Assembly: GCA_000934665.2 (NCBI GenBank)
Contig: JYFJ02003773.1
Span: 1-37,748, forward strand
Source of the DNA: Catajapyx aquilonaris
Lineage: Eukaryota
Length of the DNA: 37,748 bases
Direction: 5' to 3'
A model generated the notes under the pieces. It was given only the letters and a program-made list of their open reading frames with translations. It was not told the DNA's origin and ran no database searches. A program made the translations under genes and the position numbers. Below, piece by piece: positions 23,901-35,900 of this stretch. How positions within the stretch are numbered: position 1 is the first letter of the stretch; the number at the start of each line of letters is the position of its first letter.

Positions 23901-26900
23901 TCATATGGAAACATAAACAAATGGTAGGAGCTCTTAGTTTTTCATGTCAGGGCACTGAAAGATAGCACTGAAAGATATATTTTCCATATGGGTTTTTTAA
24001 AATACCGGTACCCCGTGATGTCCCTTACGGGATCTATAGGGGTGTGGCACACCACCATTAGCTTTCTATATATTTTTCTACTTCATTCTCCAGTGCAAGG
24101 AAACAGGGACATTGGGAAAGGATAGGGATTTTCGGGGAGGGAACATGGGTGCAAGTGCAATGTCGGTAAAGGGGTCATGTGCTGTTCCACAGGAGGTTAG
24201 GTTGCCAGACACCTCCAAGGTGCAGGTCAGAGACCCTCCTGACGCAGGTGAAAGGAAGTTCCCCAGGCAGGGATCGAACCTGGGGCCTTTCACTCAGCAA
24301 GCCGAGACGTTACCATCTCGGCCATCAGCACCTCCCCCCTTATTCTTAATTGTTGATGAATACTAGTGGCCGACAGTGGCAAAGAATGTGCAGCTTGTGA
24401 CATACCATGAGCAGTGGAACCTGGTCTAAACGTGTGGTTCCAAAACCAGGGGTTTCAATGCAAACCTGGACTATCATGGATGTTCCTGAAGTTCATGAGA
24501 GGTCTTAGGAAGAAAAATATATATAAATTAATACTCAATAGTGATGCTGCATGCCTTTTGGTTTTAAAAGTAATAGTTCTGCTTAACAGGTTGCCAGGAT
24601 GGTAAAATATTACTTTTAAGATATTTTTAAAACTTTTGGGAAACACTGCTCTATGCAGCGTCTATGCTGAAAAATTATTCTCTCTTCTTCTCAGGATATA
24701 CAGATGTCTTGCAATGGAAATGTCCATTTCAGTTAGCGATTTAAACAAATCTAAGGTGCATGCTTTTTTTCAGTCGTTGTTTTGGAGTACTTACTTTTAG
24801 TTGTTGTCAAATGTTTGCTGCTAATATGAGGCAAATTGAATAATTCAATTCAGACCTTGGATAATATTATTATCCCAGGTCTGAATTGCAAAAAAATTCT
24901 CATTCAGGACAGATCCCCTTGCAGGCATCAAAAAGGATGGGTCAGTGCAACTGAATATTACAAACTAATACTTTTGATAAGGACTAAAAGTAATTATTCA
25001 AAAGTCACTGCTTAAAAATATTCAGTTTAGGCCAAACAATTTTTAATTCAAACAGGCCATTAAATTGGAACACCATGCATAAGAAGTTTCTAGAACTTGA
25101 ATTTTCAATTACTCATAATATCTTTAGATACTCTACAACTGTTATTATGGTTGCATACTTGTAGCATTATGACCAAACACAAACCAATCCCATACAGGCC
25201 AACGCAGCTGTGATACAATCCAGTGTCCAGCATATGCAGAATGCCAGGAGCAGCCAGAGCCACACTGTGTATGTGTCTACGGGTTCCGATTTGAAGGAGG
25301 GCAGTGCACACCAGTGTCACCACCTACGTGTATGTACTTTGAAAATGAAATATTCACATTAAGTTATCCCATAATTACATGAAAAGGAAGACAGATTATT
25401 ATTATTTGACCAGATTATTATCTATGCTATGGCAAATAATTGGATTTTCAAGTCCTTTTCATCACAATTTTGTGCAAGTAAATAAGGTGCCTGTTTGAGT
25501 TCCTGAGAAATGCATAGGCCTTCATGTAAAGTGAAATTGCTGAATTTACTGCTCAGGATATACTATGCAGGTCTGCCAATATAACCAGAAAAATCTCCAG
25601 TAGGCCTACCACTCTCTGTCAGAGATTATAATGCCATATTGTCAACCAATATTTTATTTGTAGAAATGCCTTGCTCCTTAATGGAAGTGAAGTGTCCTAT
25701 TGGATTTGTTGTAGTATTTAACAATACAGCCCATTCCTCTCACTAATAAGGTAATCTGTTATTCTGAACTTCAAAAAATGTAGGATACTTACTCACAAGC
25801 AAAGGCTATGGAACTTGATAGCTTCTGATACCACCTGAGAGGCATTTCTGTTATGACAATGCAGTCTTACAGAAATAGTTCAACATTTCAAGAAGAGGCA
25901 TAACTATGTGATAAGGTAGCACTGTATCCTAGAGACACCATATCATGCCATGCCAGCCTAATTTTGTCTGCCTCTTTCTCTTTTTCTGGCATATCCTACA
26001 TATTCCCTCCTAATATATTTCATGTTTTCCACAGAAAACCAGACCAGGTGCATGCTAAGATAACTTTTTCCCATTTTACATAACACAGCTTCAGACTGCC
26101 GCACGGTGAACTACTGTGATGCGTTTGCCACCTGTGTGTTCAGTGCTAGTCAGCAGGAGTATGTGTGCCAGTGTCGACCAGGCTACAGTGGAGATGGAAT
26201 CATTTGTGCACTGGAATCAGGTGAGTGCAAAAGTACTACCCATAAAAAGATTTATGAAATGTGTTACTCTTACAGAGCTTGATTGAGGGTTTTCTCTTTC
26301 ATGCCATTTCAAAGAACAATTTGATTCACTGATTTTCACTGCCTGGAGGCTTGCATGTAAATGCCTGGGCAAGTTCTGATAATGCAAATGTTGATTCCAT
26401 CTTACCAATATATTATCTTTTTTTTTAACCACCAGAAAAAGTTCATCAAATTGTTTAAAATACAATTAATCTGGATTTTAAAAAGCTGTCGACTATCCGT
26501 GACAAGTTGTCATGTCACTCATGCGTCTGGCAAGTGCAGTGAAAGAAATGGAGGCCTCCAAAATCTGTTGGGAGGAAGGGGTCATTAATAGACGTTTTAA
26601 AAACCTGTCTTGAGTCATGTTTCAAAACATTCCATTTAGTTCAGTCAACTGCCATTGTGGAACTTTGCTGTCTTCATCTACAGCCCTAATACAAAAGTAT
26701 GCAGGTTGATTGCAGCTTTTATAGCATTTATTAATAAAGGAATGTGTAATAAATATTAATGCTAACACAAACAAAGGGTTGGTCTCTTCCCCCAAAGTAC
26801 TCTAGCTGTTTATACAATACACTATGTGTAGCACTGCAGTTCTTGGCAAAGCAAAGGAGGGAAAGAGACCCTCAGAGCCTGATGCAATCTTAATCTCACT

Positions 26901-29900
26901 CAGAAGCTCACTTTCTTTTTCCAGTGTAGTGCACCTTTAGCTTTTATACTTTTTTTTTGTCATACATGTATAAAAGGGAGTAGTAGTTTAATTTTTAAAA
27001 GTTTGAATGATGCCCTAGATACCAATGGCTAATCTGGGGATGAACTGATGTGGAATGATGCCAAGGTTAAAACGTTATCATCTGAGCTACTTCAGAGTAC
27101 TTGACCTATGACATGCAAATTGTGGAGTCTGCAATGAAATGCTATGAATGAAGACAAATAAGGCAAGTGACTCTTTGTCACTGATTAAACCATACTTGTT
27201 AAAAATGAAAATATTACTTTAGATGGCAATAGTAAAAGAAATTTAGGGTTCCCAAAAAAGAAGGCTAAATCTAATTTTTCCTTGACATTGGAAGAAACCA
27301 AAAAACCCCACTCTTCCCTGGGCTTGTAATACTACCTGATACTTCATACGAGCAGCTGGAGCATGAAGTATACCGTATAGCAAGGTTTTTATAGTGTGAT
27401 ACATCCATTATTACTATTGCATGAAGCAAAATGTGGGGCTTGATTGATTTAGGATCTTGTGACCGAAGTACATAAAGGCTAGCTCCAAGATTGCTTCCTA
27501 AAGAATAGGCCACAGCAGCTTCCTTCCTTTCCTATCCTTGTCCCGTCCATGAGGAGGTGCAGTGGTGGTGGGGAGTTTCTGACCCACATCTAGGGGGTCA
27601 TCTTGGCGAACGGGCCCCCTGAGGGACTGCACACGACCCCCCAACTTGAGACATTGCACCTGCACCAGTGTCCCCACCCCTCCTCATTATCCCTATCCTG
27701 TCCCCTTGCACTGAAGGAAAGAAAAATAATACCAGAAAATTGATGGTGGTGTACCACCCCCCAACAGGGCCTATGTAGGCCTATCACGGGGTAAAACAAA
27801 AATAAAAATAAATAAATAAAATAAAATAAAGGCTAGCTGGCTAGGGAATGTCAGTCAAACGAAACAGGACAAGACTGTCATTCTTTGCTCCATCCTTAGA
27901 CCACCACTTGTGAAAATACTGTACATGAAATTGACAACCAAGGTTTGACATCACTTTCTCAGTCTGGTTTTGTGCAGCAGGTTACTCATTCCTCTTATAA
28001 TCTGCCTATTCAGTAAAGCCCAAAGGAACCAGCTAAGAAGTCCGGACTAATTTCCCTAACAATGCTAGTACCTGCTCAGTCCAATCTTAAAATGATGTTA
28101 TCCTATCCTTTCTGGGCAGACACGTGTGATGTGGCAGAGAACTGCTCACCTCAAGGAGCATGTGTGTTCGACAGCCATCTTCATGAGTATGTGTGTGTGT
28201 GCCTTCCTGGATATGCTGGTGATGGATACACATGTCGAGAGGTGACTGACGTCCACCCAGGTGATGAGGAACCACAGCCAACATGTGTGCTGGGCATATG
28301 TTGGTGTCCATCAGGTTACCAGTATGATGGAGAAAAGTGCCAGCTAGATGACGATCAAAGGGAGTCTCAAGGTATTGCTGTATTTGGGTCTCATTATGTG
28401 TGACTAATGCGTGTGGTATGTGTGTTCCCTAACATGCATGCAGCATATCCACTCCCTGTGTGCTACGAAGGAATATGCACATGTCCCTTTGGGTACGAGT
28501 TTGAGGAGTTCAGCAGCAGATGCCAGCTGGTGATGGAGAGCAATGCTACCAAGGGACCAACTGGAGAAGAGAGTATGGTTTACATGAAGTTTATGTATTA
28601 TTTTGTATTACAACACCTTGTTCGCTTGAAGCTTACGAAATATGACTGGTGCGTAATTAACTTGATTTAGAATTTGATTAGGATGAAAAATAATCCTGAT
28701 GGACTGTGGATAAGAGGTACATTTTTAACAGCAGGAATCTCCTATCACAAAAGTCGGAAAAGCTTTCATGATGAATTTTTGTTGAAATACGAAGGTAATA
28801 TGAGGGCCTTTCTCTAAGTAAGGAATATGAATATTTCTTGGCTTCTGTGTTTTGCAAATACCGGTATCAGATAACTTAACTAAAATTTGAAATACACATG
28901 CCCCTCGTGATGTTACATGGTAATATTATCCATAATTTTTGAGATGACAGCATGCATGGTTGGGAACCAAGTGTATTACAAGCGAATAGGCTGTTATAAT
29001 TCATACATTTTTGTTTGTGTCTGACAAGGGATGTTCGTCAGGTGAAACATGCAGATTTCCTTCCAACTGGTAGAGAAGTAACTCACTCTGAATAATAATG
29101 AATAACCATTAAAGTTATTCTTGCATATTACTGATTTTAAGGTAACAGCTAGGGTATGGGAGGTGGGAGAGGTGGGATTTCAAAATTTTGGCCATCACAA
29201 AGTGTGTTTAAGATGCAGTTCTTGGCATATTGCAAATTTTTAAAAATACAAAATTTTCATCTCTTACATAAAATGAATTTCTTTCCACAGGCTGAGTGAA
29301 TTCTGTCCCATGATGTCGCTATGAATGGCAAGGTAACCAACCTGGCAAACATGGGACAGCACTCACTCGGGCCTAGGTAAGAAATTCGTTTTTATGAACA
29401 ATACACATATAATTATTGGGTGAAATGTTTGTACTCTAAATTAGTGCACAATGTTACGAAAATTTTGGGAAGGTCTAGATTTCTAAATTCGACTCCCCCC
29501 ACTACTCCACCATTTTAAACGTCAAATGCAGTCTTTCACAAAAATAACCATTACAGTGAAGTTATTCATTATTCAGGGCAGGTTACTTGTCTACCAAGTT
29601 TCATAAAAAATCTTAGTTGCACTTGGCAAAAGTCCTCTGTGAGTACCGTAGAATATGTATCTGATATGATGACTTTCTAGTTTCATGCAATGTCGTCAAC
29701 AACTGCCACCCACATGCAAGATGTGTGTATTCACATGGCAGTGTGTACCGGTGCCAGTGCAATGCTGGATATGATGGAGATGGGTATGACTGCCAGGAAA
29801 CAGCAGAGGCATCATGTGACAAGGTGGACATTTGTGATCCCCATGCCACTTGTGTATATGATGACTTCAGTCTCCGTTCCATATGTGTTTGCAACACAGG

Positions 29901-32900
29901 TTATCGTGGCGATGGCTCCTTCTGCACCCCAGCAGGTACTGTTTTCAAAATTGTCATGTGATACAAATGCTGCACTTACAAGAAAACTTGTAGTTTAGGG
30001 GTCTTAGTCGAGGCAATGGAGATAATCATTACCATATCATATCAAGAAATAACATTAGATGTAACAAGAAGGAAAGCTTCCTATATCATCTGGGTTGAGG
30101 CCCTAAAGGTTGTTCAATTTCAATGAATACTTTTACATACATTATCAATTTAGGTTTCATGAGTGCCTCTGAAGAAGCATACTAAAGGCATTCATATGGC
30201 AGCAACGTCTGCCTCATTAAATGTTCCACATTAAGATCCAAATATCTCATACAATTTTCATGCTTTATTGGCCTTTCAACTTGTTGTTCCATGTATAAAT
30301 CCACAGATGAATGCAGTGGGCCTCAAGATTGCCACCCAGATGGCCAATGCACATATGATCAACATTTGTCACGTTATAAATGTAGGTGCAATGAAGGCTT
30401 CACTGGAGATGGCACAAGTTGCACACCACTTTCAGGTAAAAATAGGATATCAGTACGTTAATGATGCCTAAATTTTACATTACCAATTTGTTCTGTCAAT
30501 TCAATTTTTTTGCGCTAGTCTGAAATTTTTTACATAAGTCTGGATCTGCGTATCTTGAGATTATGTAAGTGGGGGTTTGCCTGTATTTCCTACATTTCTA
30601 ACACATACTGTACGATATATTATTATCAGGTCTTCGCTTCTCCCTCTCACCAAACATATGAGCCAACTTGTGTCAGCATGAGGCAAATACCCACACATTA
30701 ACTCTTAATGTCTACACTACAGATGCAGATGAAGGCTGTGACATTGTCAACCGATGCCATCCAGATGCGCAATGTGTGTATGACTCCCAGACTTTGCATT
30801 ACATATGCCAATGCAATGCAGGATATAGCGGTGACGGGACAACCTGTACTCCAAATGTGATTGGCTGCAATGTGATAGACAATTGTGGGCGAGATGCAGA
30901 TTGTCTCTATGATGCACAAGTGTCTGGATACCGATGCAGGTGTAGAGAGGTAATAACAATGCATAATATGTGGAGAATTGAAATACACTGCATTCCCTAT
31001 TATCCATGCTAATTAATGCATGAATGTGTCCAGAAAACATGGATAAATCATGGATACCCCATGATAGGTCCTCTTGGGCCTTTTAGGGGATCATCTTTTA
31101 ATTAACCGACTTTATTCATTGCCTGTGCTGTGATGGGTTTTTATTGTGGGAGGAAACGGGAGAGCCCTGAGAAAACCCACTCAAACATGGAGAGAATCCA
31201 TTGAAACTCTATCCACATAAGTAAGATATCCTCTGTCCAACCTGGGGATTGAACTCGGGACCTAGAGGCTGTGGCACTAACTACTTCACCACACACGATG
31301 GATAATCTGAAAATGGTCCTAGATACCATAAAAATGAGCTATTCAGAAGTTTGTAATAAACTATTGAACATATTGTATACTGCTTTAAATCAGTTTTAAT
31401 CAAATTACTAAAACCTACAATATACTTTTAGTTTCGAAAAAGTTTGTTTTTCTTTGTTTGCGAGACATACAGACTTCTTATGGACTATTATTTCTAACCT
31501 CTCTTTTGGTGATGCATGGATAATCAGGAGTCTAGTGTAGTACTTTTTCATGTGAATCTTTGACATATCTTAAGCAGCAAAATTTTTAGGCCACCTTTAT
31601 AGATTTCATATTTGTAATGTCATCAAAGATGGTTGAATTGTTACTTCGTTACCAATAACAAAGTGTTTTTTACTGCCCATATACTGTATTTCTTGGTTAT
31701 GTATTTTATTACATCATCAGGGTTTTGTGGGAGATGGCAACCAATGCCAGCCATCAATAACATGCCATCAGGATCCATCCCTGTGTGACCGTAATGCACA
31801 CTGTATCCTGGATTCCTCTGGACGTTACACATGTGTGTGTGGAGAGGGTTACCATGGCGATGGGACATCATGTCGTGTTTCAGTACAGCACCGTGGTAAC
31901 TTTCTACTGGTGAATCATGGAATGGTGGTACTGAGAGTACCATTCCAGGCTTCTGAACATGACAAAGGACGACCAATACATGTGCAGCCATACCAAACAG
32001 CCATTGGAGTAGATGTGGACTGCCAGGAAGGGAAAATGTATTGGAGTGATGTCACAGGGCGGGTCATACGGAAGTCAAATTATGATGGGACAGAACGAGA
32101 GTCTTTTATGTCTAATGGTAAGTGAAAACTTGCCCTAAACATACATTTGCCACGTATCTTGAAAAAGTTCCAAGAGCAATATTATTTTATGCATAGCACA
32201 GTACCTACATAACTTACATTTCTAAAGAGGAAGAAGACATCCAGAATAGCTGAACAAAAGTTGGGAATTTTTGGGATGACCTGTCAATGAGAAAAATAAA
32301 TTTCATTAATACTGTTGCTTGTGGGGTTCAAGAAGTCCTCTTTAACCCCATCGCTACCAGCTAGGCCAAAAACGCCTAGATTTTAGCTTACGCCTACACT
32401 GAAGATACGGACAACATATTTTACAAATAATAACAGCTATACTTACCTGTTCAGGGAAAACAGTACGCGATTGTGTTGGAAACCATTTTACTCCTCTAGA
32501 AGTCCCTGAATTAATTTCCAAAAAGAACGCTGCAGGGTGCCTATACTGCCAGCGCCTAGATTTTATAGCTTACTCATGCTCTGAGGATAATGACAAGATA
32601 TTTTACAAATAATACAACAACAACAACAACAACAACAACAACACCATCACGACATTTCCCTATAAGGGGTAGTCAGCGATGACGGGAGCCACAAGCTAAC
32701 CCAAAATATGAACTAAATAAAAACTTGTAAAAATCAGCCTATAAACCCCCCCCCCCCCCCTGCCCATCTCATACGACAAACTCTCAATATTAAATTTTAA
32801 ATATAAATATTACACGACTATGCCACGCGNCCCGGAGGAGGAATCAGCAACTGTTAAATTTCTCCAACAGTTGGCCAGTAGTATGTACGTGAGTTTTGAG

Positions 32901-35900
32901 TTTTTACATCGATAATTTTGAAAATTAATTTGGGAACTTCTAGAAGAGGAAAATTGTTCCAAACACATTCATAGTGTTTAAACGTGTAAGTATATCTATT
33001 ATTATTTGTAAAATATCTTGTCATTATCTTCAGAGTACGAGTAAGCTAAAATCAAGGCGCTGGCGGTATAGGCACCCTGCAGCGTTCTTTTTGGAAATTA
33101 ATTTAGGGACTTCTAGAGGAGTAAAATGGTTGCCAACACATTCATAATGTTTTCCGTAAGCTAAAATCGAGGCGTTTTCGACCTAGCTGGAAGTGTAGGT
33201 GTTAAGAGAGGAGCTTGAATTGATGAAGAAATAATGGCTGTCAAAAAACGGTCAAAATAATGATAATTTCGTCTTATGTCCTGATAACCAAACACATTTG
33301 CCTTCCTCTAGTTGCAGGTGACAACCTACATTGTAGCCAGAGGCCATGCATTTGCAGTGCTGGCCTAGGTTGCAGGATGAGTGTGACAGAGGTTATTATG
33401 CAGGATGTAGTAATGGCGACTGTCATGTTACCCCATGCACAATAATCACTTCACATTCATATCCCACACCACATAGGCAACCACTGCATGTTCCTGGGCT
33501 GTTCTGCCTCCCCTTGTCTGAAATGTTGGTTGTTGCCTGTGTCTAGACTCGAGAGGAAGACAAATGTGCCTGGTTGCTTACCTCATTATCAGCTGGTCCA
33601 TTGAAACTTTAGTCCCTACATTTTATATCTGTATTGGGTGAACAATTATCCAGGCAGCAAGTTCTAAGACTAGTAAGAACACACAGTACCTGCAAACCTA
33701 AGTATTATTTTGCCCATCTCTTTTTCTATACTATACATTCACTTCTTCCCCTCAGACATTGGGTCTCCTGAAGGTCTCACCATTGACTGGTCAGGCCGCT
33801 CAATTTTTTGGACCGACTCTCTAAAGGACACCATTGAGGTGGCCAACATGGACACCAAGGACCGCAAGATCTTACACTCTGAGGGAATGGTCAATCCCAG
33901 GGGTATAGCTGTGCATCCTGGACGAGGCAAGCTCTTTTGGACAGACTGGAACAGACTTAACCCAAAGATTGAGGCATCCAACATGGATGGCAGTGGACGA
34001 AGGACCTTTGTCAAGTCTGACTTGGGACTTCCCAACTCTGTGGTTGTTGATTTCAACACAGACGAGCTCTGCTGGGCTGATGCTGGAACCAAGAGAATTG
34101 GTAAGAATCATACCTCTCTATTTGGTATAGTCAATGGAGACAGCAACAAAATATGTAGAGAAATTGGAAAACTTCAAAACCTGTTGCTAAAATGTTAGAC
34201 TTTCCATTCTAATGAAGTGCACAGCCACCTTTCTAAATGACTAACTACTGTAAGCTTACACACACATCCTGTTAGAATATGGGCGAATAATGTTGATTTT
34301 AATCAGGCCTACAGTGTAACTGATAGTCAGTTTCATTTGACTGCACCTGGCACATGCCACAAGTTGAATTCAGTCATTCCAGAAAAGCTTAGGAAAGAGT
34401 GACAAAACATCTGGGATGCAAAATATTTCTACTAAATTAGGGCTGGTACAGTGTTGGACATAAATCGAGGCATACTGCCGGCTGTTTTATTATCTGTTAT
34501 TGGGTGCAATAAATACTGCAGCAATATATGCCTCGATTTATGTCCAACACTGTACCGGTACTTTTCACCAAAAAACCAGTGAGAAACTACAGTATAACCT
34601 GTCAATACATAAGGAAATTTATTGTGATGCGCATATCAAAAATTAATAGGCAGGATCAGAGACAGACAGTGCACGACTCTCTCTTTCCCTTTACTCAGAA
34701 CCCTGCATATTTTTCACATCTGAGAGACAATAATTATTACTTGAGCGGGACATGCTTTATGACTTCCATGTTTTTCTGTTTGTGGATATCTTATAATCAT
34801 TCACACATTGTAAAAGTGTATCACAATGTAACATCATCTAAAATATTCCCACTTTTCCAACAGAATGTGTTACAATGGATGGACAGAACAGACGTGTCAT
34901 GGTGACAAACACAAAGTATCCCTTTGGAATCACCATCCATAATTCAATTTTCTACTGGACTGACTGGGAAACGTGAGTATTACTTCTTGGAATTGCCTAT
35001 TTGTTGGCTAAGGCTAGGTTGCTCATTGAATGTAGATTCATGACAAGAATTTATCTTCTATCTTCTCTATTGCAACAGTGAAGATTACTATAGTTAAACA
35101 TTTTGCTCCTACATGCATATTTTAATACTTATCAGGTAAAAATTTCTTTAGCTTACTTGCTCATATCTGCTATGTGCTTGTCAATTAAGTTTAAAAAGAA
35201 CATCAAATGTAATGCAATATAATTATTTGGCACTGTTTTATTATCTGTTATTGGGTACAATAAATACTGCAGCGCGAATTTCAGTACCAAGAAAAGATAG
35301 GTATGGTTCTCCCAATGGATATTTCTACGTACGTTTTTTTAAACACTTTCATCTAAGTGCAGAGTAACATTGGTGTAAAATATAACCCCATTGCTAAAGG
35401 CCAAGGTCGCGACCTCGAATAAATAATGAATACCGGTATTTTAAAATCACTCGCCTGATTTCCAGATTTACTCCTTCCACTACTATTCTGTGCACTCTCC
35501 GATTTCTCATAAATCCTGCAGATGCCGAATTCATGGTAGTGCAAATAATGCAATCACTAGCAGCAAAACTGCTTCACAGCACTGTCAATAATCATACTTA
35601 AAATTTAAGTAGAATAAGTTTAATGTAATTTAAAGTGTACCTTGCACTAAATTTGTTAAATAACTCAGGCAGATAGCAGGTAATATTTCTGTCTCCAAAA
35701 ATAATTTCCACCTATTTCTCATTTCTTCATATTGACAAAACTACAAGAACTGTTGAAAATGTAGCATTCTGAATTCAAGTTCAATCAGGGAGGAGATCAT
35801 GCAAATTGGTCCTCTATGATCAGGCTAAAAAACAAAACACTGGTCAGTTCTTCACCAAGGCTAGCCATGTTCTCACAACAAAAATTAATTTCAAGTTTTC

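Noticed and set aside
24410..24650. Possible hAT MITE ending TTTGGGAAACACTG
   Set aside because: Only one clear terminus and no TSD; too degraded to call.
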